A DNA stretch of 63,446 nt, filler included, from Globobulimina sp. (GCA_003354225.1; 23 parts of 23 records of this genome joined end to end with filler, not necessarily neighbours in it); one strand, 5' to 3'. Positions 50,037 to 63,071 are shown, counted from the first letter of the whole stretch. A program made the numbers and translations. Notes: generated from the letters alone by a model not told the origin.

Positions 50037-52404
50037 TTACGCCGAGCGCAGGCCATGGAACGGTGGAGAATGCAAAGATTTGTTCGCGTGTTACAATCAG
50101 AAATGGGTTTAACCAGGAAATTATTTCGCTTATTTGCTTATAGATTGCAAGACGACCATAGTGTATTGTCATTGTTTACGCGCTCAGACGGCACCAATTA
50201 CAGTACAACACAGCGAGTTATGATATTGCATTTATATTTAATTGTAGTCATGGCGGTGTCTGCCTTATTTTACGGCCAATCTAAAGATGCGCCATTTGGT
50301 GATACAATATTGGCCATTTATGCATCTATTTTCTCGTCGATCCCGGTGTTCACAATCCGATATATGTTCCAATACTCGCGACCCAAAGAAACAAAAGAAT
50401 TTGTTGAATGGGAAAGTAAGTTATTAGCCACGAAATTAATTGCATTGCGCAAACAAAACCATAAACAGGCAAAAGTATTTAATGAGATCAAACAATTGCA
50501 ACGAGGACGGTTAGATTTAACACTAGCGGAAGCTGAACATGTCGAGCTTGATGGAGCCATGCAACAAACTCAAGTGCAAAAAACTTCACTCAAAGTCAAT
50601 GCAACCGAGAAGCGAAAATCCTTACAAATACCAAATGAGCCCGCGATCGCGAATGGCAACAAAACTCCCACCATTGGCCATTCCCATAAAAGCTCCCATC
50701 TACAAAATCTAACGTATAATTTCGAGGATGACGAAGAATTATCAGAGTCTGAACAAAATCGATTGATGGCAAATATATTTGATTTAGAAAGACCGGTCAC
50801 AATGATCGATGGGGGCGACCCCGGCAAAAAAGCTTCGATGTTGGTACAGAATCAGAATTTGCATCATCGCGTACAATCAGTGATACGTAGACATTTGAGC
50901 ATGTTCGTGAATCCCGAGATGCATAAATCTTTATTAGAGGAGGTATCGGAACCAAATACGGATTACTTCCCCGAAGAAGAAGAGGATAAATATGACATTG
51001 ATGCGAATGAAGAGGAGGATAATAAGCAGAGTGGTTATTTGGGTGCGGTAGATTTGGGTGAATTATTCAAACCGGATGTCGATGTTGGTAAGAAATCAGA
51101 GATCGTGATTTATTCCGCCCCGTTAGGCATAATATTGGAGTCTGACGGACATGGATATAATACGCAGGCCATTGAGATCACGGCAGATAAGAGTTTAATG
51201 TACGAATCGTCAGACATTCAGATTGGAATGATATTGTCCGATATAAATAATGTAAATGTGCTGGGTTTGCCCTTTAACATTGTCAAGAAAAAGTTGATGG
51301 AGAGCAGATATCCGATAAAATTGGCGTTTATGTCTGAAGGAACTGTGTTGATCAGATTTGATTGGGTGTTGTCGGCTGCTTCCTTTATAAATCATGCCTT
51401 GAATGAAGGCTATGATAAAAGCAAAATAGTGCCGTTTTTGGCGCACGAAGGTATGAGCAAATTGGAAGTACGATCCGCTGTGCATTTGAAGAATGAACAT
51501 ACGAATTTATTGCCGCGCGTCAAAGTGATTGAAAATTCCGCATATTTGAGGAACGAAATGAACGCAAATGCCATGTTTTCATTGTTTATACAATCCGAAT
51601 GGGCAAAGACTGATAAAAATAAAGTGAGAGTCGTAAAGAAAAGGGGACATAATGCGGGCGTCGCCACTGAGTTATTTGACACCAAACAAGCGGAGGATGA
51701 CGATTTTAGTGATGACGACGATGAGGGTTCCTCCGTGGAGCAAGCAATGGGTGACATGATGAATATGCTTGGTTTTGATCTGTATGGTGCGGATGCCATG
51801 GATATTGAGACTGAAATAATTGCGCAAACCGGCAAAGCGAGTCCGATTCAACGACTTTCACGAAAAGTTTCCGCATTGTTTCAAAAGAAAAATAAACCAA
51901 ACAACATTCCAACTGTGACGGAGATGGGAAATATACCCTCTTCGAGCTCTGAAAACAGTAAGAATGAGAATGAAAATACCCACATCCAAACCGGCACCGT
52001 GGTCTTCACCGATGTAGCTATGCATGGTATGAATGATAATAATAATAATCTGACGATGAGCACCTTGAAACTCGTCGGCAATGTAACGAGTGACGTACCG
52101 CGACATAGCAAATTGGAAACAAATTTCGAAAGCGCGCATATATTCTTATCGCAATTAGAGTTAATAAAATTAAATAGCTCCAGCACCAAAATAACTGTCC
52201 CCGTCAATTGTTACACAATGGAACATTTCGTGAAAGCGTTACTCGATGCGGACATTGACTGGGAAGCGCACGAAATTGATGCCATTATGCAAGAAATAAT
52301 GGACATAAACGGCTCCATCGAGTATGGTACGACTTTAGTGTCCGTAGCCTCGTTGAACGAGTTTATAAATGGCGGCGGTAAAAGTGCCAAAGCCAAGGAA
52401 TTTT
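50037..52404 (+). CDS. Polycystin-1/REJ-like membrane segment followed by a long cytoplasmic region with a PDZ-like domain (internal fragment)
   Basis: HSVLSLFTR....YSTTQRV..L...MAVSALFYG is PKD1-like. APLGIILE..IQIGMILSDINN.NV.GLPF..V.K.L...RYPIKLAF is PDZ-like. Confidence 0.6.
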
Positions 52405-52659
52405 NNNNNNNNNNNNNNNNNNNNNNNNNNNNNNNNNNNNNNNNNNNNTTAATTAATTAANNNNNNNNNNNNNNNNNNNNNNNNNNNNNNNNNNNNNNNN
52501 NNNNGTATACCTTTTATATATTTTGAAAACAGCAAAAAAATAATAAAAATAGCTCTTGCATGCAACAAAAGAACACCATTTAAGTACTAGCATGCAATAA
52601 ACAGTAAAACCCACACACATACACAACACAAAAGTTTTTAATTTAAGAATTATAGACAT

Positions 52660-53929
52660 TTATGGTATTCGGTCTGAATCAGCAGAGTCATCATCCAACT
52701 CATTTGGTTGCGGTTCAGGAGTAATATCTACATTATCTTTATCATCCATTATTGGCTCCAATGTAACTGTTTGACCAATTTGAATTTCTGTCGCCTCTGT
52801 CTCTGTGACCTGAGTCTGAGTCTGCTGAGTCTGTATCGACTCTCTTTTAGCCATCGCATGCTGATATATCTGGGTCGTATCTTTGGTGGAAGGATCATCC
52901 TTTGCTCTGAGTTCGGCTCCTTTGGAAGCCCTACTTTTGTACGTTTTCAATTTTTTCGGACAACATAAATATAAACAGCAACCACACAATCTTTCATAAT
53001 ATGTGTCGTCCGGATAGTAGGCAGTCATCAACATGACACAAATACTATTAATTATCACGTCAAAGGCGCCTGAATTCCGTCCCCAGTGAGGAACCAACAC
53101 CAACACCAACATGGCCACAACGGTCGTTGCAAGGGCCACAGAGGTTAACACCGTATATTTTACACAGAGATACAACATTTTGCCCGTCATTTTGTTCTTT
53201 TTTGTATCATCGTTGAGGTTAATTGTATGACCCATTAATTTCAATGTTTTACGAAGAGGAATAATGAATAAACACAAACTTAAAATATTCATAAACATAT
53301 CCCACAAAAACGTAATAACTGAAATGAAATGAATATTAATTGTAATTTGCGAAATTGCGCGCAAATATATTTATACCTGGCACGATAACAATGCTTCCTT
53401 CCATAACAAGGAAACACGGATTTGGAGATTCGTCATCGTCCACGATTGAAGTCACATATTGTAAGGCGATTGAAGTGAGAACTGGTCCTAACACCGCCCA
53501 GACCACATTTAAAATGATCATGACGGAAATAAATCGCCGAGAATAACCATATGCTGATTTTTTATACGCGATATCCAAGCGATACATGAATATAATATAC
53601 ATTCCACACTTTCCAACTAAATAACAGGAGATTTGTGGGGCCCATTGGCATACGGACCATGGGAACATAATAAAAAGGCCCAAGTCATAGCCTAAAAACA
53701 CCAAAACTACGGCCAATGTCAAATATTGTAAAAATTTATAGTTACGTTTTCGATCTGGCTTTGACACTCTGTGATTGATTGATTTTCGTTTTTTCGTACA
53801 CAAATCGGACATAACTTCATATGTATGCAATGCGGATAAAATCAACATTATTAACGATCCCAATGCATATGATATAAAATAGGATATTTCTAACCCGTCA
53901 CTAATTGGTTCAACATTGTCGTTAGGCAT
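52660..53929 (-). CDS. 7TM/GPCR-like protein; intron 53319-53376
   Basis: Seven hydrophobic helices, FMYRLD, and NSICVMLM..Y...Y..LC. Splicing joins the ORFs. Confidence 0.75.
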
Positions 53930-54071
53930 TTCTTGAAATTGTGCTAGCCGCTACTTGCTGAAATGTAAAAATTGCTAATTCAGTCGTGTCTGCTATTGTT
54001 TTTTATTATTGCAAAAACGATTCACTTCGAGAAAATCTAAAAATCACGGTTCCCACCTCATATCAAAGGAG

Positions 54072-55165
54072 ATGGCAACAAGCATAGAAAATAGCAACAA
54101 TAGCGGTCCCAACCACTCAATTAAGACATGTTTGTCAATACAAAGAACGCTAAAATATTTAAAGTTTTACAATGACATAAATGGTAATGATAACAAATTA
54201 GAATTAATCAAACGATATTTTGATTCAAATACATATATTCAACATGATTTTATTCATATATTGTATGACCATTTAGGTGAAGGAAGTGATAAATCATTAA
54301 TTGAGATTAACAAAGAATTTCAAGCAATATACGAGCTTTTTAATGAAAACACAAAATGTAAAATTGATAAATGTAAATCATATCATCGATACAATAGAAA
54401 TCGAGATAGCTTTGATGAGCATAACGATAAAACATACAATATTTACCAAGATACACTGGACGAATTACATTGTTTCTTTATTCATTCATTTGATTCAGGA
54501 ATGAGAGTAAATTACAATGCAATTAATCAAATTCATTCAATCGACAAAAATAAAAATTCAAACATGCCCTCAATCATTCCACAACGCAAAAAATACAACA
54601 AATTTGTGATTGAGCAGGAAATTAAATCTGTTGACATTGAGGAGAAACAGAATTCTTTTTCATTTGGTGCTAACTTGCAATATTGGTGGAAAAAAGGAAG
54701 AAATGTACCATTCGTAGCAAGCAAATATAAAGATTTGCGGGATGAAATATTAAATAATATGACCAAATCCATTGATATCAAACAGTGGAACAACATAATA
54801 GAAAAAACTAAAACAAAAATGCAATCACACTTTTTTGCAACAATTAGAGCCGGTTCTCATTTTAGGTTGGCGAGTCCTGGAGAAACGTTGTACGGAATGA
54901 GCGTCAAAAAAGGCGACCCCTTAACGGAACCACATGCGATTAGCATAATATTGTATTGTGATTATAATCAATTGCCATATGAATTTAGCAGAACGTTAAT
55001 AATATTAATCAATTAATCAAAAGAAACAGGGAATATGCAATATGGTCCAAGCTATTAAAAGAAACAGTAAATTGTTATGGAACGCCAGTGATGCAATCGA
55101 AGATTGCGATATTTTACTCTGGTTTATCCTCAGTGATGGTCTTTCCATATTTTGTTGCATTTTTT
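54072..55165 (+). pseudogene. Second member of the ART-fold family, frameshifted near 54995-55015
   Basis: Shares C.I.KC....R..R.R, LDELHCF..H, KY.DL..E.LNN and IILYCDY..EFSRT with the 27644 gene. The continuation KRNREYAIWSKLLKETVNCYG lies in a different frame. Confidence 0.6.
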
Positions 55166-55265
55166 NNNNNNNNNNNNNNNNNNNNNNNNNNNNNNNNNNN
55201 NNNNNNNNNTTAATTAATTAANNNNNNNNNNNNNNNNNNNNNNNNNNNNNNNNNNNNNNNNNNNN

Positions 55266-55488
55266 AACCCAATAACTGGTATGAAAGGAATTGCAATGGG
55301 CGCCATCCCAATAACTGGTATGAAATGAATTGCGATGGGCGCCATCCCAATAACTGGTATGAAAGGAATTGAAATGGGCGCCATCCCAATAACTGGTATG
55401 AAATGAATTGCGACGGGCGACATCCCAATAACTGGTATGTAAGGAATTGCGATGGGCGCCAACCCAATAACTGGTATGCAATGAATTG
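55266..55488. repeat. 39-bp tandem minisatellite (about 5.7 visible copies) with an alternating 78-bp higher-order pattern
   Basis: Unit CCCAATAACTGGTATGAAAKGAATTGCRATGGGCGCCAT at 55268, 55307, 55346, 55385, 55424 and 55463 (partial). There are no spacers, and the array runs off the contig start. Confidence 0.95.
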
Positions 55489-58026
55489 AATGGACCCAGG
55501 AATGAAATATCAAGGTTAAGGCAGAGGAAGAGGAAGCAAGTGAAAGTCTCTTGAGCCGGCGCACTTTATGCGTTCTTATGAAACAACATTTTTATGCGTT
55601 TTTATTTTTATAATTTTATGTTACTAAAGTTTCTCAGTCTCAGTCACAAAACGCACACCGCCGTTTTCCCACATATATGCACTTGAGTTCTTAGAATTAC
55701 AATTTGAATTCAAACATTTTGGTTTTGAACACTGCCGTTTATATTCTATCGGAGTACAAGTGTAACATCACCAATGTAAGCTCTTAAGTCAGATTTTCTT
55801 CTCTACAGTTTATGTATGTTTGTATATGATTGAATGATAGCACATGTAGTCCTGGACATCATTTCCTTTATGTGCAAATATCAACATATGTAAAGTTTAT
55901 GTGCAAATATTATGCGCCATATAAGTTGATCAATACAGCAATATTTATATATTTTAGATTGTCAGATAAGGTCATAATTATAAGTTATAACGAACACTGT
56001 TTGTCTGTATATTGTTTCTTATTCAGAGCCGTATTTTACGACTTACTTCTTTATGCCAAATCAAGAGTTTTTTATATAAACAGTGTCATATAGCATAATT
56101 GTTGACGGACATTGTCACATTTTATCACGTATTTGAAACACATTATTTTTCAAAACCATTCCACTATAAACTAAGTGGTTTCACTGAAGTGAACTAAGTA
56201 ACTGAACGTTGATGTTGACATTGTGAGTCGATTGAGTTACTCCGTTTGTTTGACCGTTAGGATTGCAACAATACCTGCATACAGTATAGGTGCAGCATAC
56301 TATTGTATGAGTAATATTAAAAGGTAGAAACGCATATTACAATAATAATTTATTTTTACAAAATGATAAATAATTTAATGTTTGTAAACATCACTTAATA
56401 TGTTCTATATAGAATATGCACCAAATTGATTGTATTAATGATTAAACAATAAAATGAAAATAAACATTGATTTTGGATTTATAAATCTGAAATATAATCC
56501 ATTCAAATTTACGTTAAAGTATTCATTCTTATAAATGTTTGATATGATATTTCAAGACATTTTTAGTTATATTAAATGTATTTGATACAATTAAATAGTT
56601 AGAAACAATTCATATATATATTTTATAATACATATTCAGAATTTTCTTTTAATTTCTGTAGATCGAATAAATATTATTATCCATTATGAACATGTGTTTG
56701 TTTGTAATTGATAATAACAGACACGCACATTCATAGAACAATAAAATATTAATTTTCAAAGATGAAAATCCGAACACAACAACAATATGTGCATAGCAGA
56801 TTGAATTAAGAATTAATGACAATCCAACTGCACCCTGTAACAGAACACAACACTATATGTTGACAAGAGTTAATGGTACTTCCAAGTCTAACTTTAATTT
56901 ATCTCTTACTTTTGTTTGAGCGTTGTGATTCAACTAATATTCACATATAGTATTAGTAGGAATTATGATATCAAAATAAGGAATCACTATTATGACATTA
57001 TCACATAATTATCCATACCAGTCGAGTACAATAACGATAATGATATATCATACAAAAAACAGCATTTTCCTATACTAAAAAACAGATTATTTAGCAAATA
57101 TTGAGAATATATTAATTGTAAAAATATATTAAGGAGGTAATAACAGAGATCGGTCTCTTTGTATTGTCAGAACCTGTTGTTACCAATAAAATTATTGTAT
57201 CATAATATGAATATTACCAATGATTTATCCATTTTATTGACAGATAGTGTCAATGCATTAATGTTTCATTTATTGTATGAATATTTTAGTCGAATGTTTA
57301 TTAATGTTTTAGTCGAATATTTATCAATTTATAACTCTCAAATTATGAAAAACGCACAGAGTGAGATTGCAATAAGTGAAGTGGTTTAGCCAGTATTTCG
57401 ACTGCAATTCCCACCGAATATGCCAATATCACATTGGATAATTTTCAAATTTATACCGCAAGAAATGAAACTTCGTCAATTGATGTCTATATAAATGCTG
57501 TTGAAATTATGTTGGATTTAGAGGCTGATGATGATAAATCAACAGATTTAATAATTTTTGCAATATCAGTCGATCCAGAAACCAATATCAGTTATTTTGA
57601 AGGTGATTTAGACAAAAATAAAGTGTCTGTAACGATTTTAAATAATACAAATTCATCAAATCTGAATATTACATTGAAATTCCAATATATAAAGAAGATG
57701 AAGATAATTATTTGTGTTTGGTGGCATGAAGAATTAAATAAAATAAGATTCTTCAGGTTGTTACATAGTCCACTAGGTTAATAGATAAGTCCAATACAAT
57801 TAAATAAGCCCAATACAATTATTCAAATAATATTGATATATTAATAATAGTGAAGTAAATGATAGAATTAATTCAAGTAATACATGAAAAGATGAATTGA
57901 CCTAGGAGGGGGCAGGCCCCAAAAACNNNNNNNNNNNNNNNNNNNNNNNNNNNNNNNNNNNNNNNNNNNNTTAATTAATTAANNNNNNNNNNNNNNNNNN
58001 NNNNNNNNNNNNNNNNNNNNNNNNNN

Positions 58027-59103
58027 ACACAAATAAATACAATTAATATAGATCCAAAGCATAATATTATTAAATATCTAATTAAAGCATTACTATACAA
58101 ACACAAAACCAATGTCGAAAATAAAAAATTGTGCGATGCTGTGTGTAATGCAATTTATTCAATTTATAAGGATGATAAAAACCGGAATCGTTTTGATAAA
58201 TTAACAGAATTTGATTCCAGTTTACAATATAAATCATTTTGGTATAAATTGGAATCAATATCGAATGCCAAAGTATCATTTAATTGTGACACTGCGTCAT
58301 TATTTGCTGCCAAAATTCTAAGAATTAAAAATAACGCTGTCACTTTAAGTAATTTTCCTGCGTTAGATCTCGATGTGAAATATATTGGCAATCCATATGT
58401 TATTATTATTGGCATTGCAAAATATAAAGTTTATTCGGATTTAAATGCAGTTAATACCGATATTGATAAAATGAAGAAATTATGGTCAGATGTTTATAAA
58501 TATAAAAATGTATCTTGTATCACTGACGAAGTGAAGGAAAATTTGACCAAAGATGGGGTCAATGCTTATTTAAACAAACAAAGAGCTATTATTGAACAAA
58601 GCGGTGACATCGATTCGCTCATTTTTATATTTTCAGGACATGGGAGCGAAAAAGGGTTTGCTTGTTATGATTCAGCATGTATTACATATAAGGAATTACA
58701 AAATAAGTTCAGTGCAACAGAATGTGTCACATTGAAAGGTAAACCAAAGGTGTATTATATTGATTGTTGCCGTGGCGGGAATGCTATTCATTTTGTGGAA
58801 GAGAAGGAAACTGAGCAGTTAATGAAGGGGCCAATGAATGATCGAAAAATGTATATTAATGAAGTAACAGATTTTTATTTGCATTTTGCAACGTGTGACA
58901 GTTACTATTCTTTTGTGAAAAACGAGAAGTATGGAAGTTTTTTCATCGGTGCAATTGATGAATGCTTTCGAAAATATCAAAAATTGGTAATTGATTTGAA
59001 TATTATTGCCATCAAAATTAATGCCATCGTGAATGAAAGAAAAGGAGGAAAACAGACACCGGAAATTCACAATAGATTGACATATTCGGTGTGTTTTGGT
59101 TAG
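58027..59103 (+). CDS. Caspase-like cysteine protease (peptidase C14), 5' truncated
   Basis: Catalytic His in FIFSGHG and catalytic Cys in GKPKVYYIDCCRG (compare caspase KPKxFFIQACRG); p10-like DFYLHFAT, GSFFI and KQTPE. Confidence 0.88.
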   Translation, partial: TQINTINIDPKHNIIKYLIKALLYKHKTNVENKKLCDAVCNAIYSIYKDDKNRNRFDKLTEFDSSLQYKSFWYKLESISNAKVSFNCDTASLFAAKILRIKNNAVTLSNFPALDLDVKYIGNPYVIIIGIAKYKVYSDLNAVNTDIDKMKKLWSDVYKYKNVSCITDEVKENLTKDGVNAYLNKQRAIIEQSGDIDSLIFIFSGHGSEKGFACYDSACITYKELQNKFSATECVTLKGKPKVYYIDCCRGGNAIHFVEEKETEQLMKGPMNDRKMYINEVTDFYLHFATCDSYYSFVKNEKYGSFFIGAIDECFRKYQKLVIDLNIIAIKINAIVNERKGGKQTPEIHNRLTYSVCFG

Positions 59104-59263
59104 GTATGGCATATAAAATATACATTTTTTCATTTTTTTTTATTGCGTAAATCATATGCAGTGAGTGCGAGGATACAAAAAATATAACACTTCAGTTGTG
59201 GTAAAATAAAAACAAAAAACACACAAAAACCTAAGTTTTTACTCCAAAATAAAATAATTCACA

Positions 59264-60686
59264 ATGGATTCGAAATGCGAGGAAACCTTAATCGGGAAAC
59301 TACGCCGCGAGTTCAAACCACGAATCCCATCCATAATCCAAAAACTCTCAACAGTGAAATTCAGCGAAGGAGAGAGCACCTCCTCCTTAGGCAACGAGCA
59401 AGAAATCGAGCATTTATTCCCCATCTCCTACGGCCAACCCATCGTAGATTGCTATCAATCCGTCTCAGTCTCCGACCAAAAAGAAGAGAAGAAATCGGCG
59501 AAAGGCTCCATACGTAACACGCCCTTACGAGTAGGCGTGGTATTATCCGGCGGCCAGGCCTCTGGCGGCCATAACGTGATCACCGGCTTATTCGATGCAC
59601 TCAAACAGTTGAACCCTAACAGCACATTGATCGGATTCACGGGCGGCCCCAAAGGCATAATGATAGACCGCTGGAAAGAATTAACCGCCGACATCATAGA
59701 TCTATACAGAAACACGGGCGGATTCGACATGATCGCCGCGGGGAGGGACAAAATCCAAAGCCAACAGCAAATGCGCGCCTCTTTGAACACCATCATCAAG
59801 AACCAATTGGACGGCTTGGTGATCATTGGCGGCGACGACAGCAATACCAATGCAGCCGTGTTGGCGGAGTATTTCGTGGCCAATGGCAGTAAGTGCACAG
59901 TGGTGGGTATCCCCAAAACCATTGACGGCGATTTGCAGAACGAATATATCGAAGTGTCGTTCGGCTTCGACACGGCGGTCAAGACCTACTCCCATATGAT
60001 TAGCAACATTGCGCGGGACTCTGTGTCTGCGGCCAAAGCGTGGCACTTTGTCAAGTTGATGGGGCGCGATGCCTCGCAGGTGACGCTGGACTGCGCCATC
60101 CAGACACAGCCCAACATCGCATTGATTGGCGAGGAGATCCAGGCGGAGGACATGTTGTTGCACGATGTGACGGACCAAATGGTGGACATCATTGAGGAGC
60201 GCGCGGTGAAGGGCAAGAATTACGGCGTGGTGCTGATACCGGAGGGCGTGATCAACTTTATACCGAGCTTCAAAGTGTCGATTGATTTCCTAAATAATAC
60301 GCTAAAGGAAGGCAGCAAACACGTTAAAATTGTCGAAGGTACGTTTTTTATCCTCGCACATAAAAATTAATGTGTTTGGACTTTCGGACTTTGCCATTTT
60401 GGGATATATAGCGTGCAATGAGTTGAGTGAGAAAATAGAATATGTTCGTCGTTTGTTGAAAGCGTCGTCGCCGACGAATTTATCCAATTTTGATGTATTG
60501 CCATTTGACATTCAAGCACAGCTATTATTGGAGCGCGACCCGCATGGAAATATACAGATATCTCAGGTGCCCATCGAGCAGCTATTTATCTTGATTTGTA
60601 AGCAAAAGTTGCGGCTACGCAGGAAATATGTGGAGAGCGGCGCGAAGTTTCGAGGAAATGGACATTTTTTTGGCTATGACGGCAGG
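59264..60686 (+). CDS. PFP: Pyrophosphate-dependent phosphofructokinase (PFP, long type); intron 60339-60411; 3' truncated
   Basis: LSGGQASGGHNV, IIGGDDSNTNA (the GGDD signature of PPi-specific enzymes), PKTIDGDL, FGFDTA, KLMGR and RDPHGN. Confidence 0.95.
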
Positions 60687-60786
60687 NNNNNNNNNNNNNN
60701 NNNNNNNNNNNNNNNNNNNNNNNNNNNNNNTTAATTAATTAANNNNNNNNNNNNNNNNNNNNNNNNNNNNNNNNNNNNNNNNNNNN

Positions 60787-61498
60787 TAATGAATTTGGAT
60801 TTGATTGATAAAATATCTCCTGAATGGTATTAAATTTCATTGCTACAAAATATAGCTCAGCTAATATTGATGATGTTTTTGTATTATATTTTGAGCGAAA
60901 TCCTTGTTTATTTCCCCACCATTTTGCGTCTAACTGAAGTGGATTATAATTGCTTGCTGTGATTGGGTCGTACAATTTGCTTAATTGTGCACTCGCAGTA
61001 TGCCAAAATTGATCGACTAGATCATTCTTATCATTTTTGCAAACATATTCATCCAACATCCAAAATACTAATTTCTGAGAGTCTTTCCATTTCAGCAACG
61101 AAATGAACGACTTCGTTTCTGCAGAATCTGTACATAAAGAATATGACAAAAATAATTAAAGCTGTATATTAGTATTAAATTAATTAATTTATTACTACAC
61201 GACCTGAAAAAATAGAGATTTGAGACAATAGATTTGAGGGCAGTTCATGGCTATGTTTGGAAGGGTTGTATATCCATTTTCTTTTCAATGGCAATACAAA
61301 TAAAGCAGTGTATAACGTCGCAGATGGACAATTGTGCCATGTTTGATATATACCCATTAAACTAACGAATACTACACGTCTCTCGTCCAATGCATTAATA
61401 TCAGCAAAGTGATGGTTTTTGTTATTACGTTGGACGTGTTCGATGAAGAATTGATCCCTGCATTTACTTATTTTACTGCTTTGTCTGTATATAACCAT
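60787..61498 (-). CDS. Hypothetical protein, 5' fragment (two ORFs, probably intron-split)
   Basis: Same-strand ORFs 61184-61498 and 60787-61149; no motif recognised. Confidence 0.4.
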
Positions 61499-61674
61499 TT
61501 GTTAGATTATGTACATGGTGAAAATGATATACTTAACTCATTACCCATGACACTGATAATACACTCACACAGGAGATCCGTCTGAAACAATGAAGACCGA
61601 AAAAGTGGAAAGCTAGTTTTTTTTAAGGTTTTTGTGTTTTGCACATTTATTTTGAGCATTTATATTCTGGGATC

Positions 61675-63071
61675 ATGCCATCCGAAAGAGCTTTATTAAT
61701 AAAACAACGTCAACAGGAAGCAATAAGAAGACAAAAACAAGAAATAGCAGGTATTATATTTTACGCAAACCCGAATTAAAAACCAACAAAATATATGTCT
61801 AAGAACGAGATGCAATTCGTCAACAAAGAGAACTTGGAATTACACAATCGCAACCAATACAAGCTGTAGTTGCACCGCAAACATTGCACGATTTATTTAA
61901 CTCACGATACGAACCTAAATCAAATCAAACACAAAATGCTCAGAGTAATCCAGAAACTGCGAGACTCCGCGCCTACGAACAAAAAAGAGCCAGATTTCTG
62001 GCTCGAAAACGAGCTGAAATGCAATCAGCGCAACACACACAACACCAAACAACTGATATACAGCCACAAATTCATACACTGCAACAAACACACAACATAC
62101 CACAATCACAACCACCACCAATGCCACACGAACCTGACCTGGTATTCACATCAAATCATCCAACGCCACATATTCAACAACAAACATACAACAAACCACC
62201 AACACCACCACAAGCCGTACGAAGCCATCAATTTCAGGAATTCCCAGCAAACCATCCAATGCAACATATTCACGAATTGCCACAAACTGTAACACAAAAC
62301 ATACACAATATATCTGCTCCAGCCTCACCAAAACATGTTTCATCGGAAAAATATAAATCTGACACTGGTGCATATAATCAAATTGATTTAATGAAAGAAA
62401 AGAAAGCCAAACAAGAAAAGTACAGAGAAGAGCTATATCAACAAATGAGAGCGCAAGAAATGCGGAATGAATTAGGGAATAATCAGAGCAATATTAAAAT
62501 TAATGAAAACCACAGCGGATATTTTGGAATGAGTGGAAACGATAAAACGCAAAAGAGAGCCAAACAGGAACAATATAGACAAGAATTACTGCAGCAAATG
62601 CAAAATACATTAGATAATAAGACAGATATTAATATTAATGATAATTATAACGGATATTTTGGAGCGTCTGACAACGATAAAACGCAAAAGAGAGCAAAAC
62701 AAGAACAATATAGACAAGAATTACTGCAACAAATGCAAAATACGTCAGAGAATAATAAAACAGATACAAACACCGATAAAAATCATAACGGATATTTTGG
62801 AGCGTCTGACAATGATAAAAAGCAAAAGAGAGCCAAACAAGAACAATATAGACAAGAATTATGGCAACAAATGAGAGAGCAACAAATGATTAATGCAAAA
62901 ACAATGAGTGAATACAATAAAAATGCATTATTTGGCGATGAAATGAAACAAATGGAAAATAGGAATGAAGATAAATATAATTATGCAAAGCAATTAGACC
63001 AACAAATGCAATTAAAGAAATTAACAAAAATGGCTGAAAAAGAAAAACAATTATTAGAAGATAGAAAAATG
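61675..63071 (+). CDS. Coiled-coil protein with KQEQYRQELLQQM repeats (CSPP1/CCDC66-like centrosomal/ciliary type); intron 61751-61803
   Basis: The exon starting at ATG 61675 splices in frame. Four K..KQE.YR.EL.QQM repeats, three of them in DNA repeats of about 120 nt. The 3' end is unresolved. Confidence 0.55.

Noticed and set aside
55266-55488. CRISPR array
   Set aside because: The repeats are head-to-tail with no unique spacers, there are no cas genes, and the context is eukaryotic.
55600-57926. Short ORFs (55830, 57159, 57434)
   Set aside because: They are AT-rich with no recognisable domain; at most decayed remnants.
17583-59103. An NAD/cell-death gene cluster (NMNAT, ART, AIFM2-like, caspase)
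   Set aside because: The genes lie on different size-sorted contigs, so their adjacency is artificial.
59455-60216. Long antisense ORFs within PFK
   Set aside because: These are shadow ORFs caused by the GC-rich codon usage of the sense gene.
62490-62890. Direct repeats of about 120 nt as a mobile or CRISPR-like array
   Set aside because: They are in-frame coding repeats of the coiled-coil protein.
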